From Octopus bimaculoides (lineage: Eukaryota): a stretch of 45,102 nucleotides of DNA. How positions within the stretch are numbered: position 1 is the first letter of the stretch; the number at the start of each line of letters is the position of its first letter. Below the pieces are notes generated by a model. The model was not told the DNA's origin. It saw only the letters and a list, made by a program, of their open reading frames with translations, and ran no database searches. The stretch spans positions 17,047,748 through 17,092,849 of the forward strand of contig NC_069007.1 in assembly GCF_001194135.2 (NCBI RefSeq), written 5' to 3'. Shown here one piece after another: positions 1 through 13,350 of the stretch. The translations under genes and the position numbers were made by a program.

Positions 1-60
<60 letters not shown>
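1..60. repeat. (AC)n microsatellite, representative of many simple repeats
   Basis: Other tracts include (TA)n at 5751-5780, 17520-17556, 18605-18648 and 20488-20536; (GATA)n at 17740-17830 and 33580-33680; AG-rich at 16475-16550. Confidence 0.99.
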
Positions 61-62
<2 letters not shown>

Positions 63-1839
63 TTATATAGTGAGTGGAAATTTGCTTCGAGGCGAGCGAA
101 CAGCAAGAGAAATTTTGCAAAGGAAGAACTCACTTCAAAGAAGTGTTTCGGCCTGTCAGTTCCTGACACTCTAAAGGGGCCGGGCCCACTTGGGTAGTGA
201 TTCATTGGTGTCCTCCCCGCTGTAATTTAAATACCAACTTTAGTGTGGACTGAATTTGGAATTAAGAAACATACCGTTTCATCTACCCAGGGTTCAATGG
301 CCGAAATATTTAATTTGTTTCGCTATTAATCAATCTCGTAATGTTAATTTAATATTCCGGTTGCTGAATTTCACAAGGGCTGGGGGAGGGGGCGTATGTG
401 TTTCTTATTAATAATAATGTCTTTACTCTTAAAACGATCGAGTGTTCAACTACTTCTTGAACTTAATACCACATATTTATATCTGGTCGACTTTGGCCTT
501 CATCCTTTCCGGGTCTGTAAAATAAGTACTAATTGAGCAATGGAATCAATGTAAATATCTTGTCTCCCTCTTCCTAAAAAATAGCTGGTATTGTGCCAAA
601 AATTAGAAAGAATTTTCGTTATTATTTGCATTCTGGTTTCTAATATACAATAACGATCTCTCTATTTGTAAACGAATGGTTTCTTTCATTAAATACTACT
701 ACTAAAACATAAAGTACGTCTTATTTTGATTACATAATTTTTAACGGAAAATGCACTCCTATATATGTGAAGTAAGTGAAAGTAAATTGTTCTTAACACA
801 AAGCGCGACAGATAACGATCGTGGCCGTCAGGCACAGGTCGACAGGCCACGTCCGTGACCCAGATAGATGCATTTACTTTATGGGCGTTCGTTGAGGTCT
901 AATGTCGACAAATGCTCTGATACCCACCAGAATGCAAGTTCTATTTCATTTTGGAAAATATGAATTTATTTTATGGTATTGTTTATATTTTGAATTACAT
1001 ATATATGGGGGCACCAAAATTTCCTAAGTGCTTAGGGCCTCTCTAGGTCTTAATCCGGCCCAGTCTGTCAAGCTGGTAAATTTTGCGTTCAAACAGACAG
1101 TTGTTTCAAATTTTGTTACAAAACCCGTAATTTTAGTGGAGGAGAGTCCTTGACTGCTATTTCATTTTATCGACACGTAAAAGATGAAAGTAAAGCTGAT
1201 CTCAGCGAAGTTGAAATCAGAACGTAATGAGTCGTATGAAATACTGCCAAGCACTTTGACGCACCAACGATTCTGCTCGCTTACCGCCTTAATGATAATG
1301 GCTTTAAATTCTGGCACAAGTCTAGTGATTTTAGGAGGAGGAGGTTAGTCGATTACGTTGTCCCCAGTCTGTGACTGACATTTATGTAATCGACGCCGAA
1401 AGGATGAACGGCAAAGTTGGCCTCGGCGTGATTTGAACGCAAAACGCAGGAACCCAACAAAAGTTCCACTAAACATTTTGTCCGACGCGTGAACGATTCT
1501 GCCAGGTCGCCACCTTAATTCGAACAAAGAATACCGTAAGGTTTCTGAATAGTTGCCATAAGAGCATAACAGTAATTCCTTAAATTGGTTAGTTTTTATT
1601 GAACCCAGCCAAGGTCAACTTGGCGTGGTTTGAACTCAGAACACAGAGTTTATACAAATATGAAAGGCATTCTATTTGACGCTCCAGTGACTGTCAATTC
1701 GCAGCCAAATTGAAATAATAATTACAGTAGTACAAGAATGATTATTTCATCTTTCTTTTTTGTATATTAAAATTATTATTGTATCTTTCACTAACAAGAA
1801 GAAAATACTAGTTCTTTAATTGCAAAATTGAGAAAAGGC

Positions 1840-2130
1840 TGTGATCTGGTAGAAACCCGAGCACGCTTCCGGTGTTTTTTAAGGTGTACGTGAATCAGTT
1901 TGACGGAATTTTTCACAGTATTAACATCGTTTTGTTTTGTGTTAGTGTTTTTCAACACTTTGTTAATTTTTTAACACTTTGTTTAGACTCCATCTAAGAA
2001 GATCTGAAGAAGGAATTGTAATTCCGAAATATCATCGGACTATAGATAACCAAATTACAACAGGTATATAGTCCATTTTTAGTTCTATAGTGCATTGTTA
2101 TACCATTCTAAACTTTTTATTCTTTACAAA
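1840..2130 (+). mobile_element. Penelope-like element terminal-repeat remnant
   Basis: Contains the ctgaagaagg...ccgaaa hammerhead signature and T-rich tracts; boundaries approximate. Confidence 0.4.
2001..2036 (+). ncRNA. Minimal type I hammerhead-ribozyme-like motif
   Basis: gat-CTGAAGA-A-ggaat(tgta)attcc-GAAA-ta-TC-atc: intact core, 5-bp stem II, palindromic ATAT stem III, 3-bp stem I. Typical of Penelope-like element repeats. Confidence 0.55.
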
Positions 2131-2139
2131 CAATACACA

Positions 2140-3720
2140 ATGCTTCAAGCGAACTACAATACTCTAGTACTTTGTTAATTGTTTTTGTGCTGCTTTGCAG
2201 CAATTTGTGCTTTATCTCCTCTTTTGAGGAGAATTAGCTATGGAGAAAAAGAAGTCTATGTTTTTTTCAGACCTTAGTGGGTCTGAACTATCGTCATCAG
2301 AAGAACTGCTTAGAGCGGTAGGAAAAATGGATGAAATAATTAAGAAAGATGAAAAAAAGAAAAACTTCGCGGAAGTGACAAGAGGAGATTGACACTAAGA
2401 GAATCAGTAATTTTTAAAATTTGACCTGTAGAGGGGGGTACAACGTAGAGTTGTCCCCTCCAAAGGAAATGTTGGAAGGTTTCAGAAAGAAAACAATTAC
2501 ATACAAAACATTCTCAACGAAAGCAGGCAGGATTGAAGACATAAATACAAGCCAAATAGAAAAAAGTACTATGTGACAGGATAGAGTCTTTGTAAGGAGA
2601 GGAACGAGATTTGGTACAGTGGAGGTGAGGTTCGCAAAAGAACAAAACGCAAAGGCAATAAAGTGGTGTTGTTGCTCAGTTATATGGGCAGCAGGACAAC
2701 TAGGATTAAAGTTGAAGGTATTTCACCTGAAATAGACGTGGCCTGGGTAGTGGCGGCAGTCCTCAAAGAAAGTTAGGACGATATCGCTGTGCTCCAGGCC
2801 TCGGGAATCGGATGCGAGATGTGAAGGGGAAAGACACTCGAGACGACAGTGTAGGCATANNNNNNNNNNNNNNNNNNNNNNNNNNNNNNNNNNNNNNNNN
2901 NNNNNNNNNNNNNNNNNNNNNNNNNNNNNNNNNNNNNNNNNNNNNNNNNNNNNNNNNNNNNNNNNNNNNNNNNNNNNNNNNNNNNNNNNNNNNNNNNNNN
3001 NNNNNNNNNNNNNNNNNNNNNNNNNNNNNNNNNNNNNNNNNNNNNNNNNNNNNNNNNNNNNNNNNNNNNNNNNNNNNNNNNNNNNNNNNNNNNNNNNNNN
3101 NNNNNNNNNNNNNNNNNNNNNNNNNNNNNNNNNNNNNNNNNNNNNNNNNNNNNNNNNNNNNNNNNNNNNNNNNNNNNNNNNNNNNNNNNNNNNNNNNNNN
3201 NNNNNNNNNNNNNNNNNNNNNNNNNNNNNNNNNNNNNNNNNNNNNNNNNNNNNNNNNNNNNNNNNNNNNNNNNNNNNNNNNNNNNNNNNNNNNNNNNNNN
3301 NNNNNNNNNNNNNNNNNNNNNNNNNNNNNNNNNNNNNNNNNNNNNNNNNNNNNNNNNNNNNNNNNNNNNNNNNNNNNNNNNNNNNNNNNNNNNNNNNNNN
3401 NAAAAAAAAAGATATGTGCCGTAGCGACGATTGACTATTAAAATGAGGATTTGGTTAAAGAAATTCGGCTATCCTTCGTTTTAAAATAAAAGCATTTGCT
3501 TCAGTTGACAAGAATTATAATTAAATCGAAGGATAGCCAGAAATTCTGGAATGGGATGAGTATAAGTGAGTAGGAACTGAAGGGTTTGATAATATTAAGA
3601 GGTGGCACTCTGTCAGCTAGAGTATATGAGCAAAGATGGAAGGAAGTGATGAAAAAGGTGGGTGCTAGGTGCCCTGGGCCGTATAGGCCGCTCGGCTGGA
3701 GAATGTAATTTCTGTATTAT
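2140..3720 (+). mobile_element. Degenerate LINE (L1/Tx1-like ORF1 remnant plus 3' end) spanning gap 2860-3400
   Basis: Purine-rich, decayed coding-like sequence (KKNFAEVT; RRGTRFGTVEVRFAKEQNAK) with stops; classification by eye only. Confidence 0.35.
2860..3400. other. Assembly gap (one of 10)
   Basis: N runs: 2860-3400, 4988-5551, 12388-13209, 14211-14681, 16713-17519, 22034-22043, 26905-26969, 29930-30298, 31505-31973, 40190-40569. Confidence 0.99.
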
Positions 3721-4652
3721 TTTAAAAATAAGAACGAAAGACTGATCTGTTTTAAGTTCTCAGTTTCATTACAAGTTCTCATTATTTTAAATTATCAAAT
3801 TGTACATAATAGTCAAAATCAAATTGTAAATAAGCACGATCTCATTCATTTTGTGTAATCGTTTGTCCTGTGCTGTCCTCATCTATGTTCGATCCGTAGT
3901 GATCATAAAGATTTTAATATTAAGAGGTGGCATCGTTGTGTGCTACTGACGAAAGAACAATTGGAGGGAGTACTGAAACATAAAAGTAGATATGGTTGGA
4001 GGGAGATAGAGATGGATAGAAAGGAGCTACCGGAATATTCGACTTGCGAGGAGTTTGCTGGAACTATATGGACTAGACATACTAGAAAGAACGGGGTATA
4101 AAAGGTGATAAAGGATAGAAGTAGGGGTCGCTTGGAGGTGGGGACGAGTGGCCCCATTCCATGTTTATCATTCATCTTTGTCATACGTTTGTTTTTTGAT
4201 TTGTCGTTTTGTGTCCGTCTTTATGTTCGGTGTTCAAATTTCGCCGAGGCCGACTTTGCCTTTTATCCGTTCGGGGTCGATAAAATAAGCACCAGTCAAA
4301 TACTGAGGGCCACTGTAATAAAAGTCCTACTGCTCTCAAAAACTGCTGACCCTGTGTCATAATTTGAAACCATTATTAGGTCGAGAACAAACATTTATTT
4401 ATCGTTTCACTTTGGTGAATTGGCAGAAACGTTAGAATGATGGACTTCGTCGGCCTATATGCTCAGTGTTCAAATTCCACTGATTTGCCTTCCATCATTT
4501 TCATTTCGGAATCGATGAAACAAAGTATCCGTCAAGTACTGGGATCAATTTAATCGACTGTCTCCTCCGGACAAATTTACTGGTCCTTGCACCTAAATTA
4601 AAAGCAATATCCATGTCAATTTTCCTGATGTTTCTTTCATAGTAGATGTTAT

Positions 4653-4724
4653 GGCATAACTACAGGGTTTTTCTGAAAGTTATGACCTCCCAAAATCTGG
4701 GGGGTAAAACCCTGTAGTTATGCC
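4653..4724. mobile_element. 72-bp MITE with 19-bp TIRs and 8-bp TSD
   Basis: GGCATAACTACAGGGTTTT (4653-4671) and its exact reverse complement (4706-4724), flanked by GATGTTAT at 4645-4652 and 4725-4732. Confidence 0.8.
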
Positions 4725-5746
4725 GATGTTATATACACTTTCTAGCTTTAATTCTCATGTTAGTTGCAATGAAATTTTATTTGAACCAGAAATTGAATAT
4801 TTTATTTTCACATGTAACATATAAACGTGTATATCTTTTAGAACATTATCATTTTATAAGATTTTGCTGGCAAAATCTTAAATTAACGTAAACATTTATT
4901 TACATGAAAGAAAGTTACCGCAGAACTTTCGGTCAAACTAAAGCGTTTGACCCGGTGACAAAAATTTTAAAAAATTAGTCTAATGAGNNNNNNNNNNNNN
5001 NNNNNNNNNNNNNNNNNNNNNNNNNNNNNNNNNNNNNNNNNNNNNNNNNNNNNNNNNNNNNNNNNNNNNNNNNNNNNNNNNNNNNNNNNNNNNNNNNNNN
5101 NNNNNNNNNNNNNNNNNNNNNNNNNNNNNNNNNNNNNNNNNNNNNNNNNNNNNNNNNNNNNNNNNNNNNNNNNNNNNNNNNNNNNNNNNNNNNNNNNNNN
5201 NNNNNNNNNNNNNNNNNNNNNNNNNNNNNNNNNNNNNNNNNNNNNNNNNNNNNNNNNNNNNNNNNNNNNNNNNNNNNNNNNNNNNNNNNNNNNNNNNNNN
5301 NNNNNNNNNNNNNNNNNNNNNNNNNNNNNNNNNNNNNNNNNNNNNNNNNNNNNNNNNNNNNNNNNNNNNNNNNNNNNNNNNNNNNNNNNNNNNNNNNNNN
5401 NNNNNNNNNNNNNNNNNNNNNNNNNNNNNNNNNNNNNNNNNNNNNNNNNNNNNNNNNNNNNNNNNNNNNNNNNNNNNNNNNNNNNNNNNNNNNNNNNNNN
5501 NNNNNNNNNNNNNNNNNNNNNNNNNNNNNNNNNNNNNNNNNNNNNNNNNNNGCCAGATCAGATTGGGGCCTGGTGCAGTCTCCTGGCTTCCCAGACCCCA
5601 GTCGAACCGTCCAACCCATGCCAGCATGGAAAACGGACGTTATATGATGATGATAATGATATATATATGGTAAAAATGTGTTTATTATGGTAGTTTTGAC
5701 TTTAGATTCCCTCTAAGCGTGAAGCATTAATGTATAGTAATGCCTT

Positions 5747-5783
<37 letters not shown>

Positions 5784-6136
5784 TATGTGTACATAGATAC
5801 ACATGTTCATGCACACACACACATAGTCAATAGGCACAACTTGTTTTTCTTGACCTGAAGACACACATCTTGTTGCACCAAAGTACATATGTTTAGTGAG
5901 GGAGGTTCTTGTACTGTCAAAATCTAGGAATGATGATGTTGTTCAATAATAAAGTTGAAGTTTTGCCGATATGGAAATACAAAGAGAGAGAGAGAGAAAG
6001 AGAGAAGCAAGATGTTTATGGCTGAAATGTCTTTCATCATAGGGGTTGAGCAATATTGGCCTAAGGCTCCAAGCCATCAAACAAAATATACCGAAATTCT
6101 TTTGTTCTCTATTATCTGTTGAACCATCTGTAGTGG

Positions 6137-6214
6137 TTTCTTGTCAACACTTAGGAATGTGATGGAATATGATATTGTCTGGTTGGAAAGTTCTTGTTCA
6201 CACACATGTGTATG

Positions 6215-6252
<38 letters not shown>

Positions 6253-6267
6253 TCTATATATATACAG

Positions 6268-6332
<65 letters not shown>

Positions 6333-6449
6333 CATATATACATATATACCGAAGTGCTTGGTAAAAATTTCTTGTCAACACCTTGGAATGTGATGGAATA
6401 TGATATTGTCTGGTTGGAAAGTTCTTGTTCACACACATGTGTATGTATG

Positions 6450-6503
<54 letters not shown>

Positions 6504-6512
6504 TATATACAC

Positions 6513-6543
<31 letters not shown>

Positions 6544-6594
6544 AACATATATATATACATATATACATATATACCGAAGTGCTTGGTAAAAATT
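6137..6594. repeat. About 230-bp tandem duplication containing (TA)n/(CA)n tracts
   Basis: Two units, tttcttgtcaacac...ccgaagtgcttggtaaaaatt (6137-6367 and 6368-6594), differing mainly in microsatellite length. Confidence 0.9.
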
Positions 6595-7639
6595 ATTAAT
6601 TACTAATATATTAATAAATTAATATTCCTTTACCCTTTTATTTGTAATATGTACATATATATACACACACAAATACATATATTGGAATTATGTGTATATA
6701 TGTACACACACACATAAATACAACATATATAATAAATATATACACATATATTCATTATGTATGTGTGCAATAAATATAGATATTAAAACATTTAAAAATA
6801 TAGGTATACACACATAAATGCAACATATATGCATACAATAAATATGTGTTTGTATAAGATACACACGCACACACACACACACACATTAACACATACACAA
6901 TATATTTATGCATACATGTGTATATATTATTGGAAATTTAGTTATAATTCCTCATGTCGGGTTTATCCAGTTTGAGACCTGAAGTTTTAAAACAAATGTG
7001 TGTAGGTGCATGGAGCCAATGAAGCAGTGGTGGGAGTCGGCAGCAATATATGGGAGGGAGAGGCAGAGGTGTGTTGGAAGGCTTCAAGTAATTTTAGCCT
7101 GAAGTCAACACCTGTCTGTCTGTATGTCCTCAGTTTCTTTTCCATCTGTCTTCATAAAAAGCAGCTGAAAAAAACCTGATTTGCATGTCTTCCAATTGTC
7201 TTTTTTAGTTCACTGGTTGAATTTGGCTGACATCAGATATAAGTATCCCGATTCTTTTATTCTTTTAGTCATTTGACTGCGGCCATGCTGCAGCACCACC
7301 TTTAGTTGAACAAATTGACCCAGGACTTATTCTTTGTAAGCCTAGTACTTATACTATTGATCAGAGAAAGACTTAAAAGTGAATGTAAGATTGTAATACT
7401 TCATGTAAAGTAAATATAACAAATAATCCAGAATCCTTGTCCGGTACCAGATCAATCCCAAAATCTAATCAGTTTGTACCAGTCGTGAGGCCAAACATCC
7501 TTAAATGTTTCATCTGAATCCATCCAGCAGTTCTTGAGATATCTTGTCCTCGGACAAACGAACAACACAACTGAAAACAATGCCTTTGCTAAGGCTGAGG
7601 TAATAATAATAATAATAACAACAATAATAAGTCTTATAT

Positions 7640-9350
7640 GGTCAGCCAATCTTTGGTCATTCCAGACCTTTTCCTATACCCTCTTTTCTCTTGTTTACTC
7701 CCAATATAACTTTCAAAGAACAATTTGTTGTTCTCTTTTGTCCATTTCATTCTCCTTCACTGTTGAACCTCAACAGTACCTTGATTACCAGGACACCCAC
7801 AGGATGTGACCCCTTTGCTAAAATCTCCAGTTTCATTGATGCTGTTAGGATTACTTTTCATTATTGACATTTCTCCCATAACTGAGGTGTGTGTTTTAAG
7901 GTTACCATCAACCAGTAATTAAACCATGTGACCATCACTAGACAGATCGTCAGCCAAGACTTCCGAGAGGCCTGTCTACCCTCATTGAAGTTGGTTATCT
8001 TGCACTGATCGCCACTTCCAGTATTTAGTCTTGCAGCACTTAAAGACTCATATATTTGGATGGTTGGTGACTCTAGTGAGTTCAGCCACCCTTTAATAGG
8101 CTTTAATTACCTAGAAACGAAGGCGGAAGAGGACTGGTTGGAACAGAAGATGGTGTTGTTAAGGAGATGAAGTCCCTGCATGCCTCTCTGAAGAATAGTG
8201 ATGAAAGAATGTTGCAGGCATCACTGAATAAAAAGGTGATTAGTAACTGGAATGAATAGATTGATTAAAGCTTGTCTCATCTATGTCGGAAGGAAAGTAG
8301 GCGTTGAACCAAACCATAAAAGAGGAAATGTAACAAAAGTTATTTGAAGGAGAAGAAGAATAAAGAAATCAATGAATGAACTACAGAAACATCAACACTT
8401 TGGAAAGAAAGAAAAAAAGGTGAAGTCAGGATGAAGGAGAAATATCTGGAACTAGAACGTAGATATAGGATAAAGAAAAAGGGGCCAAATATAGACCTTG
8501 AAGAGCTGAAACAAAGACTGCAGGCTAAAGCTACAAAAATCAAGAGATATAGCCAAAGAATTGATCAATATAAAATCAATAGATTTTTCCAACAGAATCA
8601 GAAAAGGTTTTATCAACAGCTGAACAGAAAGATTAACAACAGCGAGAGACCAGACACTGTAGAAAGTTGGAAGTTTTGCAGTGATATGTAGGATAATGGA
8701 AGAAATCATAAGAAAAATACTGAATGGTTGAAGGAATTAAACATCTGAGAAAAATGAAGTGAAACAGAACAATATAAGAATAATAAACGAAATGGTGACA
8801 GAGAAGACAACAAAGGTTCCAAACTGGAAATATTCTGGCCCAGATGGGGTACAAAGGTATTAATTGAAAAAATTCCCAGGATTACACAGAAGAATGACTG
8901 CACAAATAAATGGATAAAATGCTCAGCACAACAATGGAGTGGAAATCCCCGAAGTGAATGACCACAGGAAAAACAGTTCTTTGTCAAAAGGATCTCAGTA
9001 AAGGTATTGCAGTGGATAATTACTGGTCAATCTCCTACCTGCCCTTGATGTGGAAGTAGATGACAAGGAATAATATCTAATTATGTGTATGAATTCCTGG
9101 AAATGAACGACAAATTGCCAGTAGAACAGAAGGGATACAGAAGGAAAAGCTGAAGGACAAAGGATCAACTTCTGATGGATAGAATGTTACTGAATGGCTG
9201 CAAAAGACATACTAATCTGGGTACACTGGATTGGTTATTAGAAAGCAGATGACATGGTCCCCCATTTCTGGATTTTAGAAAGTCTTGAGTTGGTACAGGT
9301 GTGATAACATTTAAAATTTTATCAGATCAGTGGGGAATGGGAATACAGGG
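7640..9350. mobile_element. Rearranged R4/Dong-clade non-LTR retrotransposon fragments
   Basis: Plus strand: EELKQRLQAKATKIKRY...NQKRFYQQL, NWKYSGPDGVQ, EQKGYRRKS*RTKDQLLMD, WIGY*KADDMVPHFWI, with many stops. An N-terminal-like portion lies on the minus strand at about 7640-8040. Confidence 0.75.
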
Positions 9351-9369
9351 TTGACTTCATGTTGACATT

Positions 9370-11050
9370 TTTTGTGATGGAGAGGAGCCCTCCTGATATA
9401 GGAGGATCACTAGGGATGATCAAGGAACCCCACCATCTAAGATCATTCTGAATATCCTGGACAAATACCTTTTCCAACTCCTTTCCTCCAATTCACAGGT
9501 CTACACTGAGAGTGGTACCATCCACTCTTGCCATTTTCACAACTTTCACCCATCTTTGCATAAATTCACCCGAGGACAGCACTTCCCCCTCTACCCTCAC
9601 TTTCCGTTTCAAGTGAAACTTGAAAAAGTCAATGAGGGTTTTGCCAAAGAGGAATGTCTCTGTCCTCATTCCTTTCAGCCTCATCCACCAGACAGCCTCT
9701 TTCACCACAGCAACCGGGCAAAGGAAAACTGCCTTGCCTGCCCGATTAGGTGGGCAGCGGAGAAATCATCACTATGGACTCAGATGACAAATAGATCTGT
9801 CCCACATGCGACAGCAGCTGTTTGACATAACTCCATAAGTCAGCAATTACCGGACACTGAATGAAAGCATGCAGAATGGTTTCATCGCTCTATGTGCACT
9901 TCGGACAAGCTGACCTGACAGCACATCCATGCCTGTAGAGTTTATTTCGAACCAGTAATGCCCCCAACCCTACCCCAGTAGCACTGCCAAACCAAAGACA
10001 TCTAGAAATTATCCATAATAGTCCCTGACTGGAAAGTCCTCTGGAACAGACTAGTCAGTTCATCTTCGTCAATGTCCAGAGTCTTCCCTAGGACATTGTC
10101 GCACTTTCCCATCACTAATCTTCTATAAATAGCTAAAATGGAACATCCACCAATCCTATTGCCTGACTGGTTGAGGACACTTAGCACCTGATGACATTCT
10201 AAGTGCCAGGTGCCCAGTCTTGGTCTATCCTTCAGCCAGGACTGCAGCTCTAAGAGATGAATGTGGAAATACGTGCCTCACAAATGGTGCCCATACACAT
10301 TCACCGTCTAGAAATCATTGCAAGTGGTACAACCTGAGTGCTTGTCTGTACATCAAAAACCATGGCATGCCTAAGTCACCACTCAGAGGAAGCTGACAGC
10401 AGATTGACCGCCTGACTATTAGAATGCACCCCTTTCACAAGAACACGAACAACAGACACTCCAAGTTGATCAAGCAATAACTGGGGCAAGGCACAACGGT
10501 CAGACGATAAATGATAAAGGAGGTGATGTAGGTATTCACCACCTCTGCCTGACCTTTCAAGGATAGCTTCCACTCAGCCCATTTCTGGGTAAGACTGGCC
10601 ACCTTGTTCGTCACCTTATCCCAGTTCTTATCCACCTGGAAGTCGGGACCAAACCAAACCCTGAGCAGTTTAACTAATCTGTCAGTCTGACGTCCGATGA
10701 CACTGTCTGATGGCATTGACCTGCCTCACCAGGTGCCCAGTCAGAAGGCATTGATTTTAACCCCTGCAACTGACTCATATTCTAAAATGGAGCCGACCAT
10801 CTCCACTTCAGAGGCGTCTGACACCATGACAGTGATGTCGTCCGTGTATGCAGACACTGCTCTTTCGAATCCCAGTTTGAAAGGGACGCCCCTCAGTTCC
10901 AACTTCTGCAGCAGTGGCTCGAGAGCCAGCGTGTACAGAAGAGGTGACAGCAGGCAGCCCTGATTGACTGAGCATGCGATGCTAAATGGTTCCAATGAAT
11001 GGTCATTTACTTTGACCACCAAGCAGATACCGCAGGTTTCAGCCCCTGAA
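9370..11050 (-). mobile_element. 5'-truncated, decayed Tx1/L1-clade LINE ORF2 (reverse transcriptase to C-terminus)
   Basis: SVNQGCLLSPLLYTLALEPLL...SAYTDDITV (RT motifs QGxPLSP and YADD), followed by LLRVWFG...LSLKGQAEVVNTY and C-terminal fragments in several frames. Confidence 0.88.
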
Positions 11051-12271
11051 AATGTGTCCGAAACTGGCTGCTTTGATAATAATAATGATGATAATAATAA
11101 TAGTAATAATAAATGCCCTGATCCAGTACCAGGTAGTGGATCTCATGGCTTCTGATCTGAACTGATCTGAAATGTTAACATGTATGTTTTGTTTTAGTGT
11201 AAAAGATGGGCTAACAGCAAATATTCTACTCAATACCACAAATTTGTGAATAGGGTACATACGATGCTCCAAATGCAACAACTGTTACATTGGTAGTTCC
11301 ACATCTGACTAAAGAAACACCTCACTACTGATGTGTCTTCCTTCTGCAAACACCGAACCAAATGCAGCAACACCACCTTGGAGGAAACTATATTGATCCA
11401 CTGCCTCAACCTGAAAATTAACAGCTGATTGGAGATGGCCCAGTGGCTCCTATGAAAACATCATGGTGACTATCATAATGTACACCACCAACACCATCTT
11501 CCACCACCATCATGTGAAAATATGTCACAATAACCAACAGTTGGAGGGTTGCTTGTACCAGCAATTGGAGAGTTGCTGCTACTGCTGCTAACCTAAATGC
11601 TGAGCAGTTTAAATAAGATAATGAAATCGATATGATTAGGCATTCTTAGACTACTTCCTTCTGAGGATGGGCCTTTGCACCTGAAATACGAAATTTTTGT
11701 AAAATTTTCTGCATTGTTAGAAGCTTCCTTTAATTTCCTTTTCTTTTTCTACATCTCTCTCTCTTTCTCTCTCATGGGTCCTCATAATTCTTGTTTGGTG
11801 TCTGGCGTGCTGGAAGTGAGGCACCCCTCAGCTTTTGTTAAAGCATATCTTTCAGTAAAGGTCACTCTGATATAAAACCCGGATATGCAGGGAATGGCAT
11901 TGAAGATTTTGGGGATGTTTGCTTGTACTTGAGACTATGGCACTCCCACATTGCTAGGACTGCAACTGATAAAGGATACTGATTATCTTTCCTTGACCTG
12001 CCTCTGGGTCATGTCAGTAGGATGGAGAGGGTCTGCGAGGTGCTGTGCAAGTCTTATTGGACCTAAAATTTTAGGTTTTGCTATAGCCAGTGAGGCAACT
12101 GTCCAATGCTCCAGTTGGGTAGGTGGATGCTATGGACTTGAACCCAGGTGAAGCCAACTGCTGGTGCATTAACTTCATGCATGGGGATTACTGGCATTTT
12201 GCATGGGCAATGGTCAGTGATGGCCTTCCTTGGTCACAAGTGGAAAGCCACCATCATCATGTGTGCATGTG

Positions 12272-12328
<57 letters not shown>

Positions 12329-13314
12329 GTTTGTGTGTGTGTGTATGTATATATATATATATATGTTTGTGTGTGTGTGTATGTATANNNNNNNNNNNNN
12401 NNNNNNNNNNNNNNNNNNNNNNNNNNNNNNNNNNNNNNNNNNNNNNNNNNNNNNNNNNNNNNNNNNNNNNNNNNNNNNNNNNNNNNNNNNNNNNNNNNNN
12501 NNNNNNNNNNNNNNNNNNNNNNNNNNNNNNNNNNNNNNNNNNNNNNNNNNNNNNNNNNNNNNNNNNNNNNNNNNNNNNNNNNNNNNNNNNNNNNNNNNNN
12601 NNNNNNNNNNNNNNNNNNNNNNNNNNNNNNNNNNNNNNNNNNNNNNNNNNNNNNNNNNNNNNNNNNNNNNNNNNNNNNNNNNNNNNNNNNNNNNNNNNNN
12701 NNNNNNNNNNNNNNNNNNNNNNNNNNNNNNNNNNNNNNNNNNNNNNNNNNNNNNNNNNNNNNNNNNNNNNNNNNNNNNNNNNNNNNNNNNNNNNNNNNNN
12801 NNNNNNNNNNNNNNNNNNNNNNNNNNNNNNNNNNNNNNNNNNNNNNNNNNNNNNNNNNNNNNNNNNNNNNNNNNNNNNNNNNNNNNNNNNNNNNNNNNNN
12901 NNNNNNNNNNNNNNNNNNNNNNNNNNNNNNNNNNNNNNNNNNNNNNNNNNNNNNNNNNNNNNNNNNNNNNNNNNNNNNNNNNNNNNNNNNNNNNNNNNNN
13001 NNNNNNNNNNNNNNNNNNNNNNNNNNNNNNNNNNNNNNNNNNNNNNNNNNNNNNNNNNNNNNNNNNNNNNNNNNNNNNNNNNNNNNNNNNNNNNNNNNNN
13101 NNNNNNNNNNNNNNNNNNNNNNNNNNNNNNNNNNNNNNNNNNNNNNNNNNNNNNNNNNNNNNNNNNNNNNNNNNNNNNNNNNNNNNNNNNNNNNNNNNNN
13201 NNNNNNNNNATAATTAGCCAACACTTAATTCTGGAACATATGTATATTGAATTCTACACTAGGTTATTGGTTTCACAATACCTAAGTGAAATATTAATAT
13301 ATATATATATATAC

Positions 13315-13350
<36 letters not shown>

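Noticed and set aside
6141-6882. ORFs rich in HT, YI and CV dipeptides (also about 20310-20756, 21552-21866, 40578-41081)
   Set aside because: These are translations of (CA)n and (TA)n microsatellites.
11661-11694. CTGAGGA...GAAA hammerhead-like remnant in a possible Penelope-like fragment
   Set aside because: Stem II is poorly paired, and no UH site or stem I can be formed.
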